From an uncultured Porphyromonadaceae bacterium (GTDB lineage Bacteria; Bacteroidota; Bacteroidia; Bacteroidales; Muribaculaceae): a DNA stretch of 64,000 nucleotides. The translations under genes and the position numbers were made by a program. The notes beneath the pieces are model-generated. The model ran no database searches, was not told where the DNA came from, and was given only the letters and a program-made list of their open reading frames with translations. Positions 26,681-36,854 of this stretch are shown one piece after another (within the stretch, counting starts at the first letter, position 1; the number at the start of each line of letters is the position of its first letter). Where the stretch lies: NCBI GenBank assembly GCA_900545955.1, contig URAU01000012.1:6604-70603 (forward strand). Direction: 5' to 3'.

Positions 26681-29621
26681 TTAGAATTTTGCGGTGACGC
26701 CGAAAGTGAACTCGGTGGTGCGGGGATAGTATGTAAGGCCCTCAAGTCCGGGTTCGAGGCCGGTGATGCCGACTTCGGGATCGATGCCCTTGTATTTGGT
26801 GATAGTGAATACGTTCTGGGCCGTGAAGTTCAGGCGAAGAGTCTGAATGAACTTCGATGGGAAAGTGAAGGTATAGCCCAGTGTAAGGTTGTCCATCTTC
26901 AGGAAGGAGCCATCCTCCACATATTTGGAAGAGTATTTCGTGCCGAGCTCCGTATGGCCCTGATCGTCGAGGAAGTCGGAGGAGATGTTGTTCAGGCCGA
27001 GACGGTCGAGGTTGGCGTAGCGCATTGCCATGTCGTTGAGGACCTTGCCGCCGAGCGATGCGCGCAGCGAGAAGCTGAGGTCCCATTTGCGCCAGAGGAA
27101 TGTGTTGCTCCAGCTCATTGTAACCTTCGGATAGGCACATCCGAGTTTTTCCCATTTTTCTTCGGGCACGGTGCCGTCGTCGTTCTGGCCAAGGAGCACG
27201 TCCTTGCCGTCGGTGTCGGTGCCGAGGAAAATCGGACCGTAGAATGTGCCGAGCGATTCGCCCTCGATCAGGCGCTGGGTATAGCATTTGCCGGGAGCCG
27301 ACCATCCTACCTTATAGGTACCGTTGGTGAATTCCTCGTTGGTGAATTTGTCGAGCTTGTTGGTGTTGTGTGCGATCAGATATGTGGTGCTCCAAGTGAA
27401 GTCCTTGGTCTTCACGGGGATTGCCGAAATCGTCAGTTCCACACCCTGGTTGGTCACCTTGCCCACATTCGTAAACAGCGTATTGAAGATGTAGGGAGGA
27501 GTAGGAACGGTGTAGTTGTAGAGCAGGTTGTCGGTTGTGCGGTGGTAGTAGTCGAATGTAACGTTCAAGCGGCTGTTGAAGAGCTGTGCGTCAAGGCCGA
27601 TGTTGAATTCTTTCTTCTTTTCCCACTGCAGGTCAGGGTTGGGGTTGGATGCAGGCTGATAGGTGTTGATCCACTCGCCGTTGTACCAGAACTTGCCGGC
27701 AGTAGTCATCAGGATGAGCGACTTATAGTTGGAGAAGTCCTGGTTGCCGGTCACACCGTAGCCGCCGCGGATTTTCAGTTCGTTAAGCCATTCCACATCG
27801 CGCAGGAAGGCCTCGCGGCTGATGCGCCAGCCGAGCGATACGGCGGGGAACCATCCCCACTTGTTGTTTTTGCCGAAGCGCGAGGAACCGTCGCGGCGTA
27901 GCGATACGGATGCCAGGTAGCGCTGATCGTAGTTGTAGAGCACGCGGCCGAAGAAGCCGATGTAGGTGTTAGGTGTGAGACTCCTTGTAGGAACTCAGGT
28001 CGGCCTTGCCGTTGAGCAGTCCGGTGCCGGAGCCGATGTCGTTCGTCTCGGTGTCGTCGAAGTCGAAGCCCACGTTGCTCATGCCGGCCGAATTCTCGGT
28101 ACCTTTCTGATAGGTGTAGCCCAGAAGAGCCTGAAGCGAGTGGGGCCCGAACGAACGGATATAGTTGAGAGTTGTCTCGAACTGAGTGTCGTTGTTCTTG
28201 TAGTTGCTGATTTCAGCCGAGCCGTCGGTGCCGATTATGCTGGGATAATAATGCGTGCTGTAGGTCTTCGACTCGTTGGACTCACGCGAGAGAGCCAGGA
28301 AAGCATCCCATTTCAACCCTTTGACGGGCTTGATGTTGAGGGTAACGCGGGCATTACCGCCGAAGTTGTCGTTAACTGTAGTGCTGGTGCGCTCGTTGAT
28401 CATGGCCACGGGATTGTAGTATTCCATAGCCTCGATGCGGTAGTAGCCTCCCGATGTGGAGTTGGAAGGGTCGTAGACCGGCTCCGTGGGATTATGAATG
28501 AATGCCTGCTGGAATGCGGAGGTGTTCGATGGATTGTATTTGCGGTGGGTGATGAAGAGGTTCACGTCGACGTCGACCCATCCCTCGAGCAGGCTCTGGC
28601 GGATGTTGGTGCGTCCGGCAATCTTTTCGAAGTCGTTGCCGCGCTGAACGCCCTCGGCCTTCTCGTAGTTGAGCGAAGTGAAGTGCGAGAATTTCTCGGT
28701 ACCGCCGCTAAGCGAGAGTGTGTGCTTGTGGCTGATGGGGGTACGGGTGATTTCGTCGAACCAGTCGGTATCGGCGCCATATTTGGAGCCTGAGAGTTCG
28801 GGGCGGTAGGTGTCGATCACATAATTGAATTCGCTTGCCGTCAGCGGAACTGCGCGGCGCGTAACCTTACCTACGGTGAACTGGCCCTCGTAGGTCACCT
28901 CGGCGCGGCCTTCGCGGGCACGGCGGGTGGTTACGATGATTACGCCGTTGGTGCCGCGCGTACCATAGATGGCGGCTGCCGAGCCGTCCTTCAGCACGTC
29001 GATGCTCTCGATATCCTGCGGGTTGATGTTGCGGATGTCGGCTCCGGCCACGCCGTCGATAATCACGAGCGGGCCCTGGCCGGCGGCAAGAGTGTTGGTG
29101 CCGCGCAGAAGTATCTCATACTTGGCAGTTGGGTCTGCGCCCGAAGGATTCACAATCTGAAGGCCGGCCACCTTGCCCTGGAGCATGCCCATGGCGTTGG
29201 GGAATGTTCCCGGATTCAGTTCCTCCTTCTTCATGCTGGCCACAGAGCCTGTAAGTTCTTTCTTGGTGGAAGTGCCGTAGCCGATTACGACCACTTCGTC
29301 GAGCACTTCGGAGCTCTCCTCAAGCGTTATGCGGATGGGAGCGGTGCCTTCCACCTTCACTTCAGCCGTCTTATATCCTACGGCCGATACCTTCAGTACG
29401 TCGGAGGGCTTTGCGGCGATGGAGAAATCACCGTCGATGCCGGTTGCCACGCCCGAGGTGGTGCCTTTCACCATCACGCTCGCGCCGATCACGGGCTCGT
29501 TCTGCCCGTCCACAACCGTACCGCTAACCATATTCTGGGCGATGGCTGCGGGGGCTATGAGTATGGCGAGTGCGAAAATGCAGCAGGCCATTGCAAATCT
29601 GATTGCAGTTGGTTTCATCAA
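26681..29621 (-). pseudogene. susC: SusC/RagA TonB-dependent transporter split by a 7-bp tandem duplication (frameshift and TAA)
   Basis: The N-half 27969-29621 has EVVVIGYG and DIESIDVLKDGSAAAIYGTRGTNGVI. The C-half has RRDGSSRFG, NPDLQWEK and YPRTTEFTFGVTAKF. TAGGTGT is repeated at 27963-27969 and 27970-27976; deleting one copy gives 2934 nt = 978 codons in a single frame. Confidence 0.92.
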
Positions 29622-29661
29622 TTATTGGTATTAGAATGTTGGTTTTGGGAAAAGGATTCTA

Positions 29662-30582
29662 TTAAAAGTCCACCTCGTCGCGGGTGGGGATGGATTGCTG
29701 GGCTCCCATGCGGGTCACCGTGATGGATGCCGCCTTGTTGGCGAACTCGATTGCACGGCGCATGGGCATATCCTCTGAAAGAGCCACGCAGAGAGCGCCG
29801 CAGAAAGTGTCGCCGGCGGCGGTAGTGTCCACAGGCGCTACCTTGAACGAGGGGATAAGCTCGCAGTCGCCGTTCTCGCATATCAGTGCGCCTTTGCTTC
29901 CGAGGGTGAATATCACCGTGGGCACGCCCATGGCATGGATGGTGTTGATTGCACGCAGCTCCGATTCGCTGTCGGTGATTTCGACGCCTGAAATCAGCTC
30001 TGCCTCGGTCTTGTTGGGAATGATGATGTCCACATCGGCCAGAAGCGATGCAGGCAGCGGCTCGCGCGGCGCAGGGGCCGGATTGAGTATTACCTTCACC
30101 CCGTGCTTTCTGGCTATGCGGGCGGCATGCGCCACAGTCTCTACAGGCGTTTCGAGCTGCATGATGATGAGCGAGGCCGACGCTATGGCTTCCTCGGCGG
30201 CGTCGATATCGGCGGGGAGAAGGTCGGCATTGGCCCCCGAGGCTACGGCGATGGAGTTTTCACCGGAGGCGTCGACGTTGATAAGGGCTACGCCGGAGGG
30301 ACAGTTGGCCGACACACCTACATATGTGGTGTCGATTCCGACCTTGCGCAGGAGCTCAACGGTCTGGCGCCCGAAAATATCGTCGCCCACTTTCGCCACG
30401 AAGGTCGTGTCGCCTCCGAGTTTTGCGGCGGCAACCGCCTGATTGGCACCCTTTCCTCCCTGATTCATCATGAAATTGCCGCCAAGCACGGTTTCGCCCG
30501 GCCGCGGCATACGATTTGTGCGGATCACCATGTCGGTATTGCTGCTGCCGACCACGACGATTCTCTTCGGTTTGGAGTTCAT
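29662..30582 (-). CDS. rbsK: Ribokinase (PfkB family)
   Basis: VVGSSNTD, GGKGANQAVAAA, QLETP, LNPAP, PNKTEA and VDTTAAGDTFCG. Confidence 0.95.
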   Translation of the reverse strand: MNSKPKRIVVVGSSNTDMVIRTNRMPRPGETVLGGNFMMNQGGKGANQAVAAAKLGGDTTFVAKVGDDIFGRQTVELLRKVGIDTTYVGVSANCPSGVALINVDASGENSIAVASGANADLLPADIDAAEEAIASASLIIMQLETPVETVAHAARIARKHGVKVILNPAPAPREPLPASLLADVDIIIPNKTEAELISGVEITDSESELRAINTIHAMGVPTVIFTLGSKGALICENGDCELIPSFKVAPVDTTAAGDTFCGALCVALSEDMPMRRAIEFANKAASITVTRMGAQQSIPTRDEVDF

Positions 30583-30671
30583 GGTAATTTAAGGTATATA
30601 TTGGTTGATGTTTTGATGTTCCAGTTCTGCGATGCCCTCTGTGGGGCGTGTGGGCGACATCTGAGCGCGAA

Positions 30672-30689
30672 TGCTCAAACGTTTGCGCA
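30672..30689. promoter_or_regulatory. LacI/RbsR-type operator palindrome
   Basis: TGCTCAAACGTTTGCGCA (central CG, one mismatch from a perfect palindrome), lying over the start region of the rbsK-susC promoter. Confidence 0.8.
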
Positions 30690-30718
30690 AATATATGTAG
30701 AGTATTTGGCATCTCAAA
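30688..30718 (-). promoter_or_regulatory. Promoter of the rbsK-susC-susD-ARH operon
   Basis: Minus-strand TTTG (30715-30718), 19-nt spacer, TATATTTG (30688-30695). Confidence 0.75.
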
Positions 30719-30878
30719 ATATTTTTCAATATTTTTTTACGAAAAATTTATTTATCTTTGCAAAAAGCTTAGGCTATACGGGGATTTATTGTCGCACAAC
30801 TGCGCAAAATACGACAAAATTTGCCGATCCCGCTACAAATTTCGAAGCTATTTAACCAAATTCCAGCCGTTTCCAGCA

Positions 30879-31928
30879 ATGAAAAAGAGCACATTGGCCG
30901 ATGTAGCACGCCTCACCGGACTCTCCATCACTACCATATCGCGAGTTCTCAACGGCAAATCCGATGAATATCGCATCTCAAAGGCTTCGCAAGCCGTTGT
31001 ATATAATGCGATTAAGGAGCTGAATTACCACCCCAATCATGTTGCGCAAAGTTTGCGCAGCTCTTCCACCCATACTATCGCGCTGCTGATTCCGCGTATC
31101 GAAAACCCGTTTTTCGCCAACATCGCGAGCATCATAATCCAGGAGGCCAACAAATTCACTTATCCCGTGATGGTAATCGACACATGCGAGAATCCGCTCG
31201 ACGAAGACCGCGCGCTCGATACGCTGATGGCCCGCAACGTCGACGGCATCATCATGGCCCCATGCTCCGACACACCCCAGCGCATTCTCCAGGTTGCCGA
31301 GCAGATTCCGGTGGTGCTGATCGACCGCTACTACGAGGAGCAGGGCGACTCCCAGCTCCCCTATGTGGCAACCGACAACTATGCGGGAGCCTTCGAGGCC
31401 ACCAACCTGCTTATCGCCAACGGCCACCGCAATATCCTCTGCATCCAGGGCTCACCCTTCTCGATCACATCGCGCAAACGCGTGGAGGGCTACTGCGACG
31501 CCATGACAAAAGCCGGTCTGCAGGAGAATATCAACGTGCGCGGCAACGACTTCTCCACCCAGAACGGCTATATCGAGACCAAGCTCGCCCTGATGAGCGG
31601 CAACCCCATCTCGGCTATCTTCGCGCTTTCCTCCACCATTCTGCTCGGCTCAATCAAGGCCGTGCAGGAGCAGAACCTTTCGGTGCCGCAGGATATGTCG
31701 ATCGTCTCGTTCGACAACAACGTGTTTCTCGACTACCTCAACCCGCCCGTCACCCGCGTGTGTCAGCCAATCGACTATCTCGGCATCGTGGCCGTAAAGA
31801 TGCTTATGGATTCGATTCTCGGCAAGGAAATCGCCCAGCCGGCCATCCTCCTGCAACCTACCATCACCTTCGGCAATTCCGTGACCGTACCGCCGAATCC
31901 ACCGGTGCAGCTTATCTCCCCAGCTTGA
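30879..31928 (+). CDS. LacI-family transcriptional regulator (RbsR-like), divergent from the operon
   Basis: Likely start [26 protein letters not shown] (LacI HTH); NPFFA, DNYAGA and SFDN motifs. Promoter TATCTTTG at 30753-30760. Confidence 0.93.
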   Translation: MKKSTLADVARLTGLSITTISRVLNGKSDEYRISKASQAVVYNAIKELNYHPNHVAQSLRSSSTHTIALLIPRIENPFFANIASIIIQEANKFTYPVMVIDTCENPLDEDRALDTLMARNVDGIIMAPCSDTPQRILQVAEQIPVVLIDRYYEEQGDSQLPYVATDNYAGAFEATNLLIANGHRNILCIQGSPFSITSRKRVEGYCDAMTKAGLQENINVRGNDFSTQNGYIETKLALMSGNPISAIFALSSTILLGSIKAVQEQNLSVPQDMSIVSFDNNVFLDYLNPPVTRVCQPIDYLGIVAVKMLMDSILGKEIAQPAILLQPTITFGNSVTVPPNPPVQLISPA

Positions 31929-31975
31929 ACCTCACCCTCCGGCAAAGCGTTTTTCATGAAAACTCTTTGTCGATT

Positions 31976-32662
31976 ATGTATCATCTTATTCTTCTGCGCC
32001 ACGGCCAGAGCCAGTGGAATCTCGAAAACCGCTTCACGGGCTGGACAGATGTCGACCTTACCGAAAAAGGGCGCGACGAGGCCGCCGAGGCCGGACGGAA
32101 AATCGCCGCAGCCGGGCTCGAGCCGCGATATTGCTTCACTTCGTTTCAGAAACGGGCCATCCATACGCTGCAGATTGCGCTCGACGCAATGGACCGCGTA
32201 TGGCTCCCCGTGGTGAAGGACTGGCACCTCAACGAGCGACATTACGGAGCACTCCAGGGCCTCAACAAGGCCGACACAGCTGCGAAATTCGGCGACGAGC
32301 AGGTGCACATCTGGCGTCGCAGCTACGATGTGGCGCCACCGGCGCTCACTCCCGACGACCCTCGGTTCCCGGGCAACGATCCGCGCTACGCGGCACTCAC
32401 AGACGATGAACTCCCGCTCACAGAATCGCTGCAGACTACCATCGGACGCGTGCGCCCATGCTGGGAAGAACTTATCGCCCCAGCAATCCGGCTTTACGGT
32501 TCGGTTCTTGTAGCCGCCCACGGCAACTCCCTGCGGGGACTGGTGATGATGCTCAAGAAACTCACACCCGACGAAATCCTAAACGAGGAGATTCCCACCG
32601 GATCGCCGCGTGTGTTCACCCTCGACGAGCGGCTTCAGCCCGTCGACGACCGGTATCTATAG
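31976..32662 (+). CDS. gpmA: 2,3-bisphosphoglycerate-dependent phosphoglycerate mutase
   Basis: [32 protein letters not shown] and AHGNSLRG; true start at MYHLILL. Confidence 0.95.
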   Translation: MYHLILLRHGQSQWNLENRFTGWTDVDLTEKGRDEAAEAGRKIAAAGLEPRYCFTSFQKRAIHTLQIALDAMDRVWLPVVKDWHLNERHYGALQGLNKADTAAKFGDEQVHIWRRSYDVAPPALTPDDPRFPGNDPRYAALTDDELPLTESLQTTIGRVRPCWEELIAPAIRLYGSVLVAAHGNSLRGLVMMLKKLTPDEILNEEIPTGSPRVFTLDERLQPVDDRYL

Positions 32663-32686
32663 TTTTATGGGGTAAGTTTTAAGCTT

Positions 32687-33274
32687 TCAGCGTATATCGA
32701 GCATCAGATGCGTCTGGAGCGACAGACTCCACTCCGGATGGGCGAGCGCGAAAGCTATGGCAGCCTGCGTGTTGCGCCGGGTAGCTTCTGCGTCAGCTTC
32801 ATGGCAGGGCTGCACACGCAGTTCTCCGGCAATTGCCTGGAGCCGGTCGTAGCGGCTCATGTCGGTCGCGGTATCCATCACGACTTTCAACTCATTGATA
32901 CGCCCGAGCACCACCTCGGCCTCCTTGGGAGAGCAGGTGATCCAGTCGACTGAATCAGGCAGACGCCGAGACCCGTTGGTCTCCACCTGCACGTAAAAGC
33001 CCTCGGCGTGAAGAGCCTCCACAAGCGATGCCGTAAGCTGAAGCCCCGGCTCCCCACCGGTTACTACGGCGTGACGCGCAGGAAACGCCGCCATCTCACC
33101 CACAATTTCCTTCTCGGTCATCTCGACGAAGGATTCGTGGCGCGTATCGCAGAAGGGGCAGCGCAGATTGCATCCCGACAGCCGCAGAAACACCGCCGGA
33201 CGGCCCGTAAACCTCCCCTCCCCCTGCAGCGAATAAAAAATCTCGTTGACCTTCATCTCGTCTCTGTTACCCAT
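32687..33274 (-). CDS. queE: 7-carboxy-7-deazaguanine synthase (radical SAM)
   Basis: EIFYSLQGEG, CNLRCPFCDT, TGGEP, ETNG and SLQTH. Confidence 0.92.
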   Translation of the reverse strand: MGNRDEMKVNEIFYSLQGEGRFTGRPAVFLRLSGCNLRCPFCDTRHESFVEMTEKEIVGEMAAFPARHAVVTGGEPGLQLTASLVEALHAEGFYVQVETNGSRRLPDSVDWITCSPKEAEVVLGRINELKVVMDTATDMSRYDRLQAIAGELRVQPCHEADAEATRRNTQAAIAFALAHPEWSLSLQTHLMLDIR

Positions 33275-33335
33275 CCCATTATCAATTATTGCGAGAACCT
33301 TCCCGCTTATCCTCTCAATATCTGGCCATCAGATT

Positions 33336-33360
33336 GTAGGGATGCACCGTGGTGCATCCG
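33336..33360. repeat. GTAG-type REP hairpin between queD and queE
   Basis: GTAG followed by GGATGCACC-GT-GGTGCATCC; the 13-mer TGTAGGGATGCAC is also present at 5197-5209. Confidence 0.7.
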
Positions 33361-33382
33361 CCTCCCTTCTGATTTATCCGAC

Positions 33383-33736
33383 TCAGAATGGTGCCCCTTC
33401 CGCGCCGGGCGCTACATATGCCGCGATGTTGCCCTCACTTTCCTGCACCGTACATTTATAGCAACCAGGCGTCTGGTCCACCACCCAGCGGGCGATGTTC
33501 TCGGCCGTCGGGTTGAAAGGCAGAACGTCGTTGAGGCACGCGTGGTCGAGCCGGTCGGCTATAGCCCGCTTGATGTGCGTAAAATCGGCTACCATACCGT
33601 TCCCGTCGAGCTCCTCAGCCCGGCAGAACACCGTAATAATCCAGTTGTGGCCATGCAGCGCCGTGCACTTGCTTTCATACGACAGCTCCAGCCTATGCGA
33701 CGCCGAAATCTCCAGTCGCTTCCTCACGTAATACAT
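33383..33736 (-). CDS. queD: 6-carboxy-5,6,7,8-tetrahydropterin synthase
   Basis: SASHRL, CTALHGHNW, LDHACLN, PTAENIA and ESEGN; likely start MYYVRKR. Confidence 0.92.
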   Translation of the reverse strand: MYYVRKRLEISASHRLELSYESKCTALHGHNWIITVFCRAEELDGNGMVADFTHIKRAIADRLDHACLNDVLPFNPTAENIARWVVDQTPGCYKCTVQESEGNIAAYVAPGAEGAPF

Positions 33737-33928
33737 ATATTCCCTCTCTTTATCTATCTTTTTATATCTTTCTTTTTCCAATTATCTCCGCAAATTTACA
33801 AAACTTTCCCCTATATTTCCCGCAAATTTTATTTTTAAGTAAAATATTCGTCGTATCTTTGCGCTATAAACATCATAGTTACGTCATCGACTTTCTTGAC
33901 TATCATATCAACTATTGTAATTATCACA

Positions 33929-34195
33929 ATGAAACGCACGGCTAAATCACTGGAAGAAATGCTGGGGCCTATACCCGAAAGTCTGCAACAGGAAACCGAG
34001 CTTTCCTTTCAGATTTCAGACCGCATTTATGAACTGATGCAACAGCGCGGCTTGACAAAAAAACAATTTGCTGACGCTCTTGGCAAACGACCTTGTGAAG
34101 TAACCAAATGGCTTAGCGGCCAACATAACTTTACCATAGCAACACTCTCCATGTTGTCCACCTTCTTTGGGCAACCGGTTATCGCAGTAATTTAA
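33929..34195 (+). CDS. XRE-family HTH protein (HigA antitoxin-like)
   Basis: GLTKKQFADALGKRPCEVTKWLSGQHNFTIATL. Promoter TATCTTTG at 33854-33861. Confidence 0.82.
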   Translation: MKRTAKSLEEMLGPIPESLQQETELSFQISDRIYELMQQRGLTKKQFADALGKRPCEVTKWLSGQHNFTIATLSMLSTFFGQPVIAVI

Positions 34196-34301
34196 AATTT
34201 AATGACTTTCCCATTTTAACGATAGCCCTTAACGTAATTTTTACTATCTTTGTTTTAAAATATCTTTCAAAGAACCAAGGACTTAAAAAATATCTTTGAC
34301 C

Positions 34302-35009
34302 ATGAATAAATGGCTCATCTATGTGCTCGGAATTATCACCGGTATTGTATTGACATTTTCTTTCGCTTATTGCGTTAATCAACATAGAAAATCAGGGCTT
34401 AATGGCCTTGAATTGCTTGAGAATCCGGAAGAAAATATGGGATACTCAATGCTGAAAGTGTTTCAGGTTATCGACTCCGGATACGCTTTAGCGCTTGCCG
34501 ACGGTCACTATGATTCCACGGTTCTCCTAATTCCAAACGAGAAACAACAATTTTATGACGATCAGGAAATCGTCCTTAAAAACAATCAATGCGCCCAACG
34601 CGTGGGCACTTACAAGTATACGAATGAACTTGCGCGTGAAAAGACCGTACCTGCTGTCAAAATTATCGATGGAGTTGATGGCTCTAATCCAGCTAAATCA
34701 GTCACGACAAAAAACGTTTCCGGGAAAACAATATTTGATAAGCCGGGCGACTGTGTGAGTCGAAAAAATTTTGAAGTCCAGAAAGTCCTGGATTCCGGCG
34801 ATGCTATTGCTCTGGAAGTTATAGATAATTCGTCCGGATATGTCTTTACTTCTGATTTGGAAGTCCTTCTATTGGCTCATGACGGCTCTGATTTCTACAA
34901 CAACCAAATTGTCAGAGCCCCCAGGGGGAAATGCGCGCGCCAAATCGGCACTTACAAATATTCTTATGCTGGGACAACAAAAGTGATTCCGATAATTGAC
35001 TTCAGATAA
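34302..35009 (+). CDS. Membrane-anchored hypothetical protein with two internal repeat domains
   Basis: N-terminal TM segment; repeated pattern V.DSG.A.AL...VLL...FY..Q...C A..GTYKY...K..P. Confidence 0.75.
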   Translation: MNKWLIYVLGIITGIVLTFSFAYCVNQHRKSGLNGLELLENPEENMGYSMLKVFQVIDSGYALALADGHYDSTVLLIPNEKQQFYDDQEIVLKNNQCAQRVGTYKYTNELAREKTVPAVKIIDGVDGSNPAKSVTTKNVSGKTIFDKPGDCVSRKNFEVQKVLDSGDAIALEVIDNSSGYVFTSDLEVLLLAHDGSDFYNNQIVRAPRGKCARQIGTYKYSYAGTTKVIPIIDFR

Positions 35010-35080
35010 GAGCTATATAAGCATGATTCAACCAAGCTTCGCTCTTTAGCCTTTTCTTTTTTCGCTCTTAACCAATCGTT

Positions 35081-35776
35081 ATGCGACTCGCTACCATTCT
35101 ACTACTGATTGGCCTGATATTGTGGATTGCATATCAGATTTATCTCAAGCGAAAAGAGCGAAAACTTATTGAGCAGGTCACGCCCATTACTCGCGGGGAG
35201 AAATCGGAACGTAAAGTAATCCTGAGTTTATTAAAAGAAGGAATAAATCCTAAAGCTATTTTCCATGACTTATATATTCAAAAACCGAATAGAGAGTATA
35301 CGCAGATAGATGTCGCAGTAGCTACAAAAGCAGGAATTATTGTACTTGAAGTAAAGGATTATAGCGGTTGGATTTTCGGCAATGAACATCAAAAATATTG
35401 GACACAATTATTGGCATTTGGTAAGCAAAAACATCGCTTTTATAACCCAGTAATGCAGAATGCTGGTCACATCCAAGCCATCAGACAATGTTTGCCTAAT
35501 AATCCCGATATCCCGATTTTCTCAGTCATTGTTTTCTTTGGAAATAGTGAGTTTAAGAATGTGACTTGCAACGCAGACAATACTTTTATTATATATCCTC
35601 ATTCTATTAGACAAGTAGTTGCCGATATTTTGTTACAACCAGATGCGAATTATGGGAATAAATACGAGATAATGGAATTATTTACGACGGCAGTCCAAAA
35701 CGGAGATAATTCTATGATTGTATCCTCTCAAATCAGCTCTGCCATTTATCATAATTTAAATAGACCTCATTCTTAG
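35081..35776 (+). CDS. NERD (nuclease-related domain) protein with an N-terminal TM anchor
   Basis: GEKSE, TQIDV, VLEVKDYSGWIFG and FYNPVMQNAGHI. Confidence 0.88.
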   Translation: MRLATILLLIGLILWIAYQIYLKRKERKLIEQVTPITRGEKSERKVILSLLKEGINPKAIFHDLYIQKPNREYTQIDVAVATKAGIIVLEVKDYSGWIFGNEHQKYWTQLLAFGKQKHRFYNPVMQNAGHIQAIRQCLPNNPDIPIFSVIVFFGNSEFKNVTCNADNTFIIYPHSIRQVVADILLQPDANYGNKYEIMELFTTAVQNGDNSMIVSSQISSAIYHNLNRPHS

Positions 35777-36077
35777 CATTTCCATCAATCTATTAAGAGT
35801 GATTCGTTCGTGGAGTTTAGAATCAAAATTTTTTCGATTATGTGGAGTTTGGATCGATAACGCACATTGCATCAATCGTTTCGAATCTTCTTCAATTTAT
35901 TCATTCGGCATATTCAGCCTACGCTAAAATTGACACTTATTGACACCGCCCAAAATCATCGAATATAACTTAGAAATATATGTCTCACTTGCTTTTCCCT
36001 TAAAACTGGGGCGAGGGGCGGATGGAAAAAAGCGGAGATTTATGTAACTTTGCAGAAATCAACCGTAATATTTTTCT

Positions 36078-36824
36078 ATGGGGAAAAACAAACTGAAAAA
36101 GTTCGCCGACATGGAGCAGATGAGCTGCGTGTTTCAGTATCCTTTCGGGGTGCTCCGCGAATCGGGGTTCCCGCTACGCGGCCGCTGGAACGAGGAGTAT
36201 TTCCACAACAGCGGTCCTATCGTGCTCGAACTCGGCTGTGGCAAAGGTGAATACACCGTGGGGCTCGCCCGGCGGTATCCGGAAAAGAACTTCATCGGTA
36301 TCGACATAAAGGGAGCACGAATGTGGACCGGCGCACGCGCCGCCACCGAGGAGGGGCTCGCCAACGCAGCATTCCTCCGCACCAGCATCGAGCTTCTCCC
36401 CCACTTTTTCGCCCCCGGCGAAGTAAGCGAAATCTGGATTACCTTCCCGGACCCGCAGATGAAGAAGGTGCGCAAGCGCCTGACCTCCACCACATTCCTC
36501 AACACATACCGGCAGGTGATGGCTCCCGGCGGCATGATAAGGCTGAAAACCGACTCACCGTTTCTTTTCACCTATACGCGCCTGATGGCGGAGCTCAACG
36601 GCATCGTACCCGAGACGATTACCGACGACCTATACCACAGCGGCGCGGCCGACGATATACTCCAGATCCGCACTTTCTATGAACAACAATGGCTCGACCG
36701 CGGTTTGACTATCAAATATATAGCCTTCCCTCTTCCGATGGATGGGGCGCTTGAGGAGCCTACGGACGAAATTCCCTTCGACACCTACCGCAGTTTCGCC
36801 CGCGGAACCCTCCAGGGCTTCTGA
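36078..36824 (+). CDS. trmB: tRNA (guanine-N7)-methyltransferase
   Basis: [25 protein letters not shown] and LKTDS. Confidence 0.95.
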   Translation: MGKNKLKKFADMEQMSCVFQYPFGVLRESGFPLRGRWNEEYFHNSGPIVLELGCGKGEYTVGLARRYPEKNFIGIDIKGARMWTGARAATEEGLANAAFLRTSIELLPHFFAPGEVSEIWITFPDPQMKKVRKRLTSTTFLNTYRQVMAPGGMIRLKTDSPFLFTYTRLMAELNGIVPETITDDLYHSGAADDILQIRTFYEQQWLDRGLTIKYIAFPLPMDGALEEPTDEIPFDTYRSFARGTLQGF

Positions 36825-36854
36825 TTCTCCTACAACCAACTATACTGACCGACT

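Noticed and set aside
25049..27901. 950-aa ORF on the + strand
   Set aside because: Antisense shadow of susD/susC caused by GC-rich codon bias; no recognisable motifs.
27955..27980. Programmed ribosomal frameshift in susC
   Set aside because: No slippery heptamer or homopolymer; the exact 7-bp duplication explains the break.
31184..31975. Apparent 264-aa N-terminal extension of gpmA
   Set aside because: It is an alternate frame of the lacI gene; the GpmA motif starts at ATG 31976.
33737..33800. Possible preQ1 riboswitch upstream of queD
   Set aside because: The leader is short and purine-rich, with no recognisable preQ1 stem-loop consensus.
32687..35776. queE/queD beside a nuclease islet as a 7-deazaguanine DNA modification (dpd) system
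   Set aside because: No dpdA/tgt-like or other dpd genes. queD/E have host-like GC and are divergent from the islet, so ordinary queuosine synthesis is sufficient.
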